DNA of 64,000 nucleotides, taken from the NCBI GenBank assembly GCA_963677475.2, contig CAXXQD010000010.1, forward strand, positions 114,247-178,246. Direction: 5' to 3'. The notes under the pieces are model-generated. The model saw nothing but the letters and a program-made list of their open reading frames with translations, ran no database searches and was not told the origin of the DNA. Of the stretch, positions 37,577 to 46,419 are shown in pieces. This stretch comes from Prolixibacteraceae bacterium (lineage in GTDB: Bacteria > Bacteroidota > Bacteroidia > Bacteroidales > Prolixibacteraceae). Numbering within the stretch: position 1 is the first letter of the stretch; every line of letters begins with the position of its first letter. A program made the position numbers and the translations under genes.

Positions 37577-39313
37577 ATGATCGACACACTGATTATTAGA
37601 ATTCACAATTTGAGACAATATACAAAATTAATTGAAACTATACGTAATTCCTCGTGCAACGAGGGCGTTATATTGAACCAAATTGTTGACCCTTCGGGGA
37701 TAGATTTTAAACAAAATTACCTTCAAATAGTAGAGAACATATACACTGATAATGAGGATAAAAGAAACGTTCGAATGCGTGATAAGGTATATTTACCTTC
37801 ATCACATTATAAACTTTCTTGGCTTGCCGATGCAAGAAAAGATTTTTTAGAATTTAACTTTTCTGTTCCAAAATTAATATATGGTACTAATGTTATCCAG
37901 TTTATAAAGCATTTTGACGAATACCAAGACAATGAGTTTTTTGATTATTCTAGGCAGCAAGGATGGGCAAAAAATATGACAGACACTTACAAGCGGTTAA
38001 TCAAATTTATAAAGCTTTTTTTGGATATGCGATGTACATGGGAAGAAACAACAATTGAAGGTAAAAGCCTATTTAAAACCGTGGATTTAAAGGACGTAGA
38101 AATAAACCGGGTTGATTTGTGTTATAACCAATTATTTGAAACAAAGGAAAAGGCTTTGGATTATTTAGAGTTACAAAAGTCAATCCGCAAAAAAGGCTTA
38201 CGTGAAGATACGATCAATAACAAAGCTTGGAAAACTTCAGTTTGGGTACAAACTACAAACTATGTTGCAAAAATTTACCATAAAGGCTCTGAATATGCCG
38301 TAGGTGACAGAAAAGAACATGAGAGGATAAACAGGTATAACAAAGCTGAAATATTCAATGTGGATAAATTACAAGATATTTCGGATAGAACTTTGAGGTA
38401 TGAAATTTCGTTTAAGTCCAATTACATGAGTTACATATTTAAACACAAGCTTTTTAGAAAGGATTGCAAGTTTCATAATGAACTCAAAAAATACCATAAA
38501 GAGGTTAACTCAAACAATGAGAAATTAAAGAGGATTCAGGAAAAAATTATCAAGCTGGAATACCGTAAAAGCCGCTTAAATACTATTGAAAAGCATAGGA
38601 TAGAAATTTTAAAGAAGAAAATAAAAGAAGAACAGGCAAAAGTAGTAAAATTGACTAAGGCAAACAAAGAATATGTAATTGTAAAAAATAAAACCAAGTA
38701 CGCTGGAAATTGGGAAATACTTGAACCTAAATGGATGGTAGCAAGGATTTACGAAAACTTAACAAGTCAAGTATCGCACTTTTTTTTGTCTGCAACTGCA
38801 ACGGATAGGCTTGACAATCAAAAAACAATTAGGTTTGGTTATAAAAACCATAAGGTTACTTGTGTAAAGAATGCTTTGTTTTCAAGTGCGCTGCTAAATG
38901 AAATGTTGAAAATATTCAAAAGGTTTTTTAAAGAATACCAGATTGAAGTAAGGCGGGATTTTAAAAGCGTTGAAATCATGATCGAAGATTGGAACAATGC
39001 AGCAAAGATTTACAACGATGAATTTAAGGAAAGTATTAAGGCTGGCGTAGATAAAAGAAAAACATTAATAAATGTAAACAGTTTTAAAAAAATATACGAA
39101 CTGAGTAAAAATAATTCATGGGATATGTTAATCCGTAAGGGGTTAATTTCAAAGCGTTCAAAATATCGGTATATAAAACAATTTGAAGAATTAGGCATTG
39201 ATAAAAACCAGTTTGCAGTAATACCAGTGGAGGCATGTAAAGATTTTTCAGATTATCACGCTTATTTATTTTCCAATCCTGATATAAAAGTGCCAAATGT
39301 GTATTTTCATTGA
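37577..39313 (+). CDS. Rolling-circle replication initiation protein, Ff gene II / Phage_CRI-like
   Basis: Block similarity to M13 gpII recalled from memory: MIDTLIIRI (gpII MIDMLVLRL), LPSSHYKLSW, FSVPKLIYGTNV (gpII ASPAKVLQGHNV), INRVDLCYN (gpII ISRIDATFS), WKTSVWV...AKIYHKG, LRYEISFKS (gpII VRFEARIKT). Extra Lys-rich coiled-coil insert. Confidence 0.8.
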   Translation: MIDTLIIRIHNLRQYTKLIETIRNSSCNEGVILNQIVDPSGIDFKQNYLQIVENIYTDNEDKRNVRMRDKVYLPSSHYKLSWLADARKDFLEFNFSVPKLIYGTNVIQFIKHFDEYQDNEFFDYSRQQGWAKNMTDTYKRLIKFIKLFLDMRCTWEETTIEGKSLFKTVDLKDVEINRVDLCYNQLFETKEKALDYLELQKSIRKKGLREDTINNKAWKTSVWVQTTNYVAKIYHKGSEYAVGDRKEHERINRYNKAEIFNVDKLQDISDRTLRYEISFKSNYMSYIFKHKLFRKDCKFHNELKKYHKEVNSNNEKLKRIQEKIIKLEYRKSRLNTIEKHRIEILKKKIKEEQAKVVKLTKANKEYVIVKNKTKYAGNWEILEPKWMVARIYENLTSQVSHFFLSATATDRLDNQKTIRFGYKNHKVTCVKNALFSSALLNEMLKIFKRFFKEYQIEVRRDFKSVEIMIEDWNNAAKIYNDEFKESIKAGVDKRKTLINVNSFKKIYELSKNNSWDMLIRKGLISKRSKYRYIKQFEELGIDKNQFAVIPVEACKDFSDYHAYLFSNPDIKVPNVYFH

Positions 39314-39340
39314 TATTGAATAGTTAGAAAAAGGTACTAA

Positions 39341-39370
39341 AAGGGGATTTTGTAAAGAAATCCCTTTTTT
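39341..39370 (+). terminator. Rho-independent terminator after the Rep gene
   Basis: gggattt-tgtaaag-aaatccc followed by T6. Confidence 0.7.
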
Positions 39371-39448
39371 ATTTGCTTTAAATGTTACAAAATTGAATTC
39401 ATAAATATTTGAGTTCTTAAACTTATTGACAAACAAAAAGCAAAAAAA

Positions 39449-39586
39449 ATGAGAAGTTTTAAACGTATGAGGGTAGGCGGTTTTAATCTTATGTCTGTTC
39501 TGGTTGGTGCTGTACTTGGCACTTTGTTCGGTGATGAAATCAAAGAGAAAGTTCCTTTCTTGAAAAATTTGAACCTAAAAAAATAG
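39449..39586 (+). CDS. Small membrane protein (45 aa; below the ORF-track cutoff)
   Basis: MRSFKRMRVGGFNLMSVLVGAVLGTLFGDEIKEKVPFLKNLNLKK. One TM helix. Stop lies 6 nt before the next ATG. Confidence 0.5.
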   Translation: MRSFKRMRVGGFNLMSVLVGAVLGTLFGDEIKEKVPFLKNLNLKK

Positions 39587-39592
39587 TAATCC

Positions 39593-40585
39593 ATGATAAT
39601 TAAAGCAGGGGAAACGAAAACCGAAAAGTATCAAGGGGTTACTTTAGACGGTATTAACTTCAACGTAATGTTGAAAAAATTGGCATCCGAAACGCCAATG
39701 TCTACGGCATGGGTAAGTTTGGCTGCTGTATTTGTGAGGGCTACCCTTTCAAGGGGAGCAAAACGCCATGAGCTATTTTCAGGCAGTTTAAAAGCATTTG
39801 CGATTGAATCGGCGTTCAATGCGTCCACGTTGGGTATGGCTCTGGAAACAGGCGATTTTGTTGACTTGACGGACGATTCATTTGGTAGTGCCGAAATGGG
39901 TTCTTTGCCATTGCAAATTGATTTGGGGGCTGTCCTGAATTTAAGGAAATCGGATGTTTTGGAAGTTGAAATTTCGGTTGAGCCGAATTTTATAAATTCT
40001 ATTGCTTATCCTGATCACAAGCTGGACGAAAACCAGACATTTATCGAAGTGACGGCAAATGAAGCAATAGGGGTTGAAACACACATCCCGTTTATTTCAA
40101 TGTATGCATTGACAAATTCCGATAACCGGGTTGTGAAAAATTTGGGTGACAATGTTACTTCGGTTTCTATTATTAACCTTGACCGTACGGGATATGGTTA
40201 TAATGAAAAAATTGTCAAAAACCTGACATTGAACGCTGATAAAATCTATATCAATGACAACTTTGAAACATTGGTATTGAAGCAAATGAACGCTTACAAT
40301 AACCTTTCGGTTGCCGGAAAACGTTCCCAAAACTTCAACATTTACGAAGGTATTGAACTCGACAAGGTTACGGCTGATTTAAACCTACACAATGAGCGTA
40401 TAATTGCGGGTAAAAATTTCTTGATGTTCAGGCATTTTTACACCGATTCAGATATTCTACAGCTTGCAAAAGTGACACAGGAAATCCACCAGATAAAAGG
40501 TGCTGCAAAGGTTGGGGTAACCTCAAAATCCACCTCCGGGCTGCAAGCTCAAAAGGAGAGCCTTATCACGAAAAATGCGAAGTAG
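39593..40585 (+). CDS. Candidate major capsid protein (330 aa, beta-rich)
   Basis: Only mid-sized soluble beta-rich ORF. Has its own strong terminator. Positioned at the head of the structural block. Function is inferred, not motif-based. Confidence 0.5.
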   Translation: MIIKAGETKTEKYQGVTLDGINFNVMLKKLASETPMSTAWVSLAAVFVRATLSRGAKRHELFSGSLKAFAIESAFNASTLGMALETGDFVDLTDDSFGSAEMGSLPLQIDLGAVLNLRKSDVLEVEISVEPNFINSIAYPDHKLDENQTFIEVTANEAIGVETHIPFISMYALTNSDNRVVKNLGDNVTSVSIINLDRTGYGYNEKIVKNLTLNADKIYINDNFETLVLKQMNAYNNLSVAGKRSQNFNIYEGIELDKVTADLNLHNERIIAGKNFLMFRHFYTDSDILQLAKVTQEIHQIKGAAKVGVTSKSTSGLQAQKESLITKNAK

Positions 40586-40616
40586 TTAATTGAGTTGTTT
40601 GACACATTGATTTGAA

Positions 40617-40646
40617 AGCCCGCCCAATTCGGGAGGGCTTTTTTTT
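40617..40646 (+). terminator. Rho-independent terminator after the capsid candidate
   Basis: agcccgccc-aattc-gggagggct followed by T8. Confidence 0.75.
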
Positions 40647-40664
40647 CTTAAAAACAAAAAAGAG

Positions 40665-40982
40665 ATGTTTAAAAGATTTACAAAATGGGTTGGGAAAAAA
40701 GTCATTCCTTCCGTTGTTATGGCAACCACTGGGAACGTAGGTGGTGCAGTAACAAATTTGTTTAAGAAAGACAGGAGCCAGCCTAAAACAGTGGGTTCTC
40801 AGCCAGAAAAGCCATCTGTTGTTTTAGCCTATGAATCCCAAAACGGTGATTTGGAACGGGCAAATTTTGCTGAACAAAGTGTTCAAGCTGAAAAAAGCAA
40901 CAGCGGTTCAATTGATTGGATGAAATATTTACCATTTGCCGGGGTTGGATTGGCAATGTTAATGATGAACAAAAAACGATAA
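40665..40982 (+). CDS. Small tail-anchored membrane protein (105 aa)
   Basis: C-terminal TM segment LPFAGVGLAMLMM followed by NKKR. Confidence 0.55.
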   Translation: MFKRFTKWVGKKVIPSVVMATTGNVGGAVTNLFKKDRSQPKTVGSQPEKPSVVLAYESQNGDLERANFAEQSVQAEKSNSGSIDWMKYLPFAGVGLAMLMMNKKR

Positions 40983-40985
40983 AAC

Positions 40986-41267
40986 ATGAATTTTATAGAA
41001 CTATTATTTAAGATACTAACCCGATTCGTGCCTATCGGCGGGGTTGAATATGGAAAGTTAAAAGAAGAAGGTACAGACTGGTACAACAGTATTAACGTGG
41101 AAAATGAAAACGTTAACCCATTGTTGGCAAAGTTTAAGGTATTTTCTGAAAACTGGTATTCAAAGGTAATGTATGCGATTATGTACATTGTTTTGAGCCG
41201 GGAAATTACTTTGTATATGAACCCTCAAATCGACAATAAAGGCGACAACGAAGAGGACGAGGATTAA
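40986..41267 (+). CDS. Hypothetical phage protein (93 aa) with hydrophobic segment and acidic tail
   Basis: VMYAIMYIVL hydrophobic stretch. C-terminal DNEEDED. Confidence 0.5.
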   Translation: MNFIELLFKILTRFVPIGGVEYGKLKEEGTDWYNSINVENENVNPLLAKFKVFSENWYSKVMYAIMYIVLSREITLYMNPQIDNKGDNEEDED

Positions 41268-41284
41268 CAGTTAAAAATTTCAAA

Positions 41285-41482
41285 ATGGCATATAAAAGAC
41301 GTAGCCAAAGGGCTAAAAGGAATGGTTCTAAAGTGAAAAGCTTTAAAACGAAACAAGGGCTCAAGGGATTGAGCAAAGTAACGAAAAACGGTAAGCGTAC
41401 AACAACAGAACTAACATTGCCGTACCGAACCAGGACGGGAAAAGTGAGGCGAAAAGTTGTTAAAACAACATATTTAAAGTAA
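41285..41482 (+). CDS. Highly basic 65-aa protein (candidate DNA-condensing/core protein)
   Basis: About one third of residues are K or R (MAYKRRSQRAKRNGSKVKSFKTKQGLKGLSKVTKNGKRTT...GKVRRKVVKTTYLK). No hydrophobic core. Confidence 0.6.
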   Translation: MAYKRRSQRAKRNGSKVKSFKTKQGLKGLSKVTKNGKRTTTELTLPYRTRTGKVRRKVVKTTYLK

Positions 41483-41910
41483 TGGAAAAGTTACTAAAAA
41501 AAGGGGGCTTTATGCTCCCTGTTTTGATTATAGGGTTTGTTATCATGAAAATGAGGTTTAAAAGTGATTTTTCATCATTCACGGTAGGGAACTATGATCT
41601 AAATAATGATATAAGCCACTATGCAAGGATAGCGGACACGCAATTTAATTGTATGAAAGGTTTAGGGACAAACGAAGATTATTTGTTTTCATCAATCGAA
41701 CAGTTGAACGGTGAGGAGTTAAAGGCGGTTTATAATGCTTTTGGCTCTCGTAATTACTCTATAACGGGTCAGCAAGGGATAACAGCCGAAAACAATATTT
41801 TAGGCGTTAAACTTGATTTGTTTGGATGGTATAAAAAAGAATTATCCAAAAAGGAATTAACTAAAATGCGGATGCTTTGGAATGGCAAAGGCGTTAACGT
41901 AAGTTTTTAA
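41482..41910 (+). CDS. Membrane-anchored protein with a single annexin-like repeat
   Basis: N-terminal TM segment FMLPVLIIGFVIM. MKGLGTNEDYLFSSIEQLNGEELKAVYNAFG resembles the annexin K-G-x-G-T endonexin fold. TAATG overlap with the upstream gene. Confidence 0.55.
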   Translation: MEKLLKKGGFMLPVLIIGFVIMKMRFKSDFSSFTVGNYDLNNDISHYARIADTQFNCMKGLGTNEDYLFSSIEQLNGEELKAVYNAFGSRNYSITGQQGITAENNILGVKLDLFGWYKKELSKKELTKMRMLWNGKGVNVSF

Positions 41911-41912
41911 AA

Positions 41913-44900
41913 ATGAAAAATAGGATTCTAAAAATTGCCCAACAAAATTTTGTTGGTACAAATACAATCGGAAATATAATTCCAATTCATTACGACAATA
42001 CCCAATCTTGGAAATTAAGGAATAAAGGTAGGGGCGCATTCTTCGGAAATTTCATTTTAAATGAAGGCGGTCAGGTTGTTGTAAGGTTGAACGGTCAGGA
42101 CATCAAAATAGACAAAAACTACACGAAGGAAGTTCTTTTTGAAGAACTAATTTCTATTGGTGGGATGGTTCAGCTTGTAAGCCCTCATATTTACATTAAA
42201 TCAAATAATTTGTTTAATGCAAATGAGTACTTAAAATTCAAGTTCACCGTTGCGACTGGAACGCTACAAGTAACCCTCTTGGATGATACTGTAATCCATA
42301 CCAGCCAATACACAAAGCAGGGTGAAATTGTGGACGTTGTGGACGGTGCATACAGTTTTGAGTATGAAGTGTTGAAAATACCTACGGAGGATGTTGTAGA
42401 GGTTCTTGATTCACGAAACGGAATGTATGAGTACATTCCGGCATTCGAAGGAAACGAAACAACCTACGACAAAAACAAAGTCCTGGAAAACATACGTTTT
42501 ACCATGGAACAAAATAATTTTTATTGTTTGGTTGTAGGAGGTGGAAATATATCCGTTGTGGATGTAAACGACTACGAAGTTCTGAATGTTCCAAACGTGG
42601 CTGGTGGGTATTCTTTCCGTGATGGTTTTATGGAAGTTGTGGACTCGTTGGAGGATGGAACTTATTACGTGGATTCAAACAGTTACCTGTATGAATATAC
42701 GGAAGGAACAGACCCTCAAAATGGAACTGAAAAAATAAAAGTATTGTTTGATTACATACAGTTCCAGCATGATTATGACAATGCGGTGTTTAAGTGTGTA
42801 ACGGACGAAAATACTATCACTTTGTGCGTATTGGAAAATTCGAACTGGAATGTAATTCTTTCTACTGCCAAAACCACAGGAACAATAGGCGTTTATAACA
42901 TTGTAAAAATTCCTGAAATCGGTGTTAAATACTTCGATGAAGATTTTTATTTGTTGGAGAATAAAGGCGAAAACATTGAGCCTGTAAATAAGCTGCCTTT
43001 TTCAAGTATTTCAATTGTTGGTGAAAAAGATTACTATACAATTGGTTTGATGTATTCAGCTTATGACTATCCAAATTACTATTATTTTGATGGTGAAAAT
43101 AAAGTTGATTTAGGTTTGTTGGATAACGACAATACGGTTATTCATGTGGATGGTTTGGACGGTGGAAACACTGTTGTTGACATTTTAAATAGTGAAGATA
43201 ACCCAGACAATAGGGCTGGAGTAATTTCATTGTTGGAACAATATTTTGAATTTGAGAAAAACCATGGAGAGGTAATTTGTGAGTTTGATGTTTTAAGCGA
43301 TGGAACTTTAATAAATGTTTTAACCGAGGCGGGGGAACATACAGAAGAAAAAGAGGTTCAAAAAGTACTTACACAGCCTATAATTACGGTCAAGAAATGG
43401 AATTTGATAACTGGTTCTATTGCAAAAATTGTGATTATTCCAGACGGTGATAATTTGGACATCACATTGTTTGATCCTATTACAAAGGAGCAAATTAATT
43501 CCATGTTAATGCCTTATGATGGTGAATGGATGGAAACAAAGGATTTTAGGGTCGAACTTATTGAACCGTTTGATATGTTGAGCGACCCGGATTTAGCCGG
43601 AGGCGTTGAATATTACATCAATAAAGATTCAAAAATGTTTTCGTTTATTCCTGTTGGTTCTGGCTCTGAAAACGTAAAGTTTGATTATGGACAATTGAAT
43701 ATTGACCAAAGCCTTTTTGATAATTCTGATTATGGAAAATTGATTTTCAAAATTACAAGGAATTTAAATGGCATTCTAGCCACGGAAATACAGGAATTTG
43801 ACCTTGCAAAATTGGATTATGCTACTGGTTTAAGCAATTCTTTATTGACTGGTGTCAATGAGAAGTATACTTTTTTAGCCAATGACAAAGTAAATACCTT
43901 GGCAGTTGGTCAGGCAAAAGAATTTGTCATTGATAAAGATTTGAACCTTTATTCATTTACCGGTGATTCGTCAATTATTCAAACGGAAAAAACGTTTACT
44001 GGAATTAGTGCAATATTTGACGTAGATTATGAAGGTGATAAAATAATCAAACTGGAAGTTAATCGGGCTGGTGATATTGTCGTGATCAATGCGTTTTTAG
44101 ATGAAGATGTATTGGGGGTTTTAAATTCTGATTCCGGACAGTTTACAACGGATGACGGAATGGGTAATTCTATAACGTTGGAAGATGTAAGCGCATTCTC
44201 TGAAGGTGTAAACGTTATTTATTTAAACGGCGATTTAACTATGATGTTAAAACAACCGGGTTACACAATACCAGCGCAAAAAGTCGATATTGAAAACAAT
44301 AACGGTATAAAAATCAAGGATATTGATTTTACTGGCGTTGTTGGAACAAGGATTTTAATTGATCTTTATTACACTGGAAACCCCAATGAAATAAGGGTGT
44401 TTGTATATGACATTCAGGGTAGTGCAAATTATGTAATTATTGATAAGAATATTAAAATCAATGATGGGACGGATTTTGTATGTGATTATTTTACAATTGA
44501 ATTTTTGGAAGGGTTTAGCCTTGATATGTTGCCGTATCAATTAGTAATTGATTCAGAAGGCACGTTATACGATTATCAGGCGATTATACAGGAAACATTT
44601 GATACATTCAATGTAAAGGTGTTAGCTGATACATTAGACGAGCCTATATGGCTTAATTTAAGGCAGTCCAGCGGTGAATTGAGGATGGTTTGGCAAAACT
44701 TTGATGGGACAAAATACTATTATAATCATTCACCTGATAATAATGTCAGTATTGGGGATGCAAATTTAACCCTTGGTTTCCCTGACGTTGGGGAAATTGC
44801 CTACACAGATATAAATGGTATCTATTTCGATGGCAAATTTTACCACATTGACCAAAGTGGAAACCAACACAATGAATTCGAAGGTGTGGGAACTGTTGAC

Positions 44901-45572
44901 GATTGTATAATTGTGATAAAACAAATGGGCGCAATGACCCATTGGTATTACACAATTCCCGGCGATAAGGCTTCACAGGTTAAAGTAGCCACAAAAGCCA
45001 CTGGGTATCCTGCTGAGACAGAATTTCCATTTATGGGTACATGGTTAATCCATGAAGAAATGGGACAATTGACGGACGGTATTTATTACGTAAAATCAGG
45101 TGGGCAGGCATATAAAGCAATTATGGGCGGACCAATGTTTAATGAATTATTGGGCGAACATCAGGAAAATGGCTTTTTAATGACTGACCCGGTAAATGTT
45201 CCTGATAATTACGTTCCAAGGCTTTATACTGTTCGGGAATTTAATGGGGTCCCGGTTTTTGAAATGTTAATGACTGATGGGGATTTCTCTGGTACACCTC
45301 AGTTTGTGCCAATTATGGAAATGCAGGAAGTAACTATCACGGATTCAGAATTTACATGGGAACCTGTGTATATTGGTGCGGAAATCGATGATTTTGATTT
45401 CATCTGGATTGATAACCCTAATATTGTGGATGGTGTTCCGGATACCTATGAGCCGATTATGATAGAAGTTACTGAAATGATCGGGGCAACGGATGAAGAA
45501 ATAAACCCACTGGACGAAATGGGGAATATTTCAATATTCCAATTCAACGGACATTATTTGGAGTTTGACTAA
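41913..45572 (+). CDS. Giant acidic beta-rich structural protein (1219 aa), candidate vertex/spike or receptor-binding protein
   Basis: Long uninterrupted ORF taking about 30% of the element. D/E/N/Y-rich. No TM segment, no Walker motif, no obvious internal repeats. Confidence 0.6.
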   Translation: MKNRILKIAQQNFVGTNTIGNIIPIHYDNTQSWKLRNKGRGAFFGNFILNEGGQVVVRLNGQDIKIDKNYTKEVLFEELISIGGMVQLVSPHIYIKSNNLFNANEYLKFKFTVATGTLQVTLLDDTVIHTSQYTKQGEIVDVVDGAYSFEYEVLKIPTEDVVEVLDSRNGMYEYIPAFEGNETTYDKNKVLENIRFTMEQNNFYCLVVGGGNISVVDVNDYEVLNVPNVAGGYSFRDGFMEVVDSLEDGTYYVDSNSYLYEYTEGTDPQNGTEKIKVLFDYIQFQHDYDNAVFKCVTDENTITLCVLENSNWNVILSTAKTTGTIGVYNIVKIPEIGVKYFDEDFYLLENKGENIEPVNKLPFSSISIVGEKDYYTIGLMYSAYDYPNYYYFDGENKVDLGLLDNDNTVIHVDGLDGGNTVVDILNSEDNPDNRAGVISLLEQYFEFEKNHGEVICEFDVLSDGTLINVLTEAGEHTEEKEVQKVLTQPIITVKKWNLITGSIAKIVIIPDGDNLDITLFDPITKEQINSMLMPYDGEWMETKDFRVELIEPFDMLSDPDLAGGVEYYINKDSKMFSFIPVGSGSENVKFDYGQLNIDQSLFDNSDYGKLIFKITRNLNGILATEIQEFDLAKLDYATGLSNSLLTGVNEKYTFLANDKVNTLAVGQAKEFVIDKDLNLYSFTGDSSIIQTEKTFTGISAIFDVDYEGDKIIKLEVNRAGDIVVINAFLDEDVLGVLNSDSGQFTTDDGMGNSITLEDVSAFSEGVNVIYLNGDLTMMLKQPGYTIPAQKVDIENNNGIKIKDIDFTGVVGTRILIDLYYTGNPNEIRVFVYDIQGSANYVIIDKNIKINDGTDFVCDYFTIEFLEGFSLDMLPYQLVIDSEGTLYDYQAIIQETFDTFNVKVLADTLDEPIWLNLRQSSGELRMVWQNFDGTKYYYNHSPDNNVSIGDANLTLGFPDVGEIAYTDINGIYFDGKFYHIDQSGNQHNEFEGVGTVDDCIIVIKQMGAMTHWYYTIPGDKASQVKVATKATGYPAETEFPFMGTWLIHEEMGQLTDGIYYVKSGGQAYKAIMGGPMFNELLGEHQENGFLMTDPVNVPDNYVPRLYTVREFNGVPVFEMLMTDGDFSGTPQFVPIMEMQEVTITDSEFTWEPVYIGAEIDDFDFIWIDNPNIVDGVPDTYEPIMIEVTEMIGATDEEINPLDEMGNISIFQFNGHYLEFD

Positions 45573-45799
45573 TGAAAATAGTTCTATCTATATTCTTGGG
45601 CTTGATATTGCTTGTATTAGCGGTGTTAAGCCCGTTTTTACTACTTATCTGGTTGATATTTGATGTTATCCTTACTTTGATTGATAAAACGCCTGAAAAG
45701 GCTAAAAAACCAAGTGCAAAGAAATTGTATAATAAAATGCTTTCAACAGATGACAATGAAATAATCTTAAAAAACATGCAAAATGCAAATATTCAATGA
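45572..45799 (+). CDS. Small two-TM membrane protein (holin-like or virion membrane protein)
   Basis: IVLSIFLGLILLVLAVLSPFLLLIWLIFDVILTLI followed by a Lys-rich tail. TAATG overlap with the giant ORF. Confidence 0.6.
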   Translation: MKIVLSIFLGLILLVLAVLSPFLLLIWLIFDVILTLIDKTPEKAKKPSAKKLYNKMLSTDDNEIILKNMQNANIQ

Positions 45800-46268
45800 T
45801 CCTACATACTTAACCAAAAATTTCAAGTTCTCGGAATTCTTTACAAAAAGTAAAGATTTCGAACAAAGTGAAAGCCATTATTTAGATGACCGTTTGATTC
45901 AGGCGGTTCAATGGCTCAGGGACTTAACAGGCAGGCGGATTAAGATAAATAGTTCTTACCGTACTTTAAAGCATAATACATTGATTGGCGGGGCTTCAAA
46001 TAGTTATCATATGAAGGGTATGGCGGTCGATTTTGCTTTTATGGCAAACGACAATAAAGAAATGATAACGAAACTGAAAAACGCTTACAATGACCCGGAA
46101 GATAAGTTAAAAAGCAGTTTAACTGATATGGGTATCAATGGCATTATATTTTATGACACATTTATTCACATTGACACAAGGGAAAAGCCTTATGTTTCAG
46201 ACCGTTCAACACGGGGAAATGTAATGGGTATAGTTCTTTTACTGGCAATGTATTTTATTCTCGGTTAG
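45783..46268 (+). CDS. Peptidase M15 (zinc D-Ala-D-Ala carboxypeptidase-type) endolysin with hydrophobic C-terminus
   Basis: INSSYRTLKHN...SYHMKGMAVDF...FIHIDTR (H-x6-D...H zinc motif). C-terminal VMGIVLLLAMYFILG. Confidence 0.8.
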   Translation: MQIFNDPTYLTKNFKFSEFFTKSKDFEQSESHYLDDRLIQAVQWLRDLTGRRIKINSSYRTLKHNTLIGGASNSYHMKGMAVDFAFMANDNKEMITKLKNAYNDPEDKLKSSLTDMGINGIIFYDTFIHIDTREKPYVSDRSTRGNVMGIVLLLAMYFILG

Positions 46269-46269
46269 T

Positions 46270-46419
46270 ATGAAAGAATTTAGGATTGATTTGTTAAGTG
46301 CGGGGTTATTTACTGCAGGAATGACCTTGGAAAGTTGGTTTGTAGTTCTTTCGATAATTAGTATATCGTTAAGTATTATTCAGAAATTGTTAAACTTTAA
46401 AAAGAAGAAAAATGAGTGA
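46270..46419 (+). CDS. Small membrane protein (49 aa, holin/spanin-like; below the ORF-track cutoff)
   Basis: MKEFRIDLLSAGLFTAGMTLESWFVVLSIISISLSIIQKLLNFKKKKNE. Overlaps the next ATG (ATGAGTGA). Confidence 0.5.
   Translation: MKEFRIDLLSAGLFTAGMTLESWFVVLSIISISLSIIQKLLNFKKKKNE

Noticed and set aside
39385-39594. 69-aa minus-strand ORF between Rep and the capsid candidate.
   Set aside because: The plus strand here carries a better-placed 45-aa TM ORF (39449-39586) co-oriented with the operon. The minus ORF is Phe/Lys-rich antisense noise.
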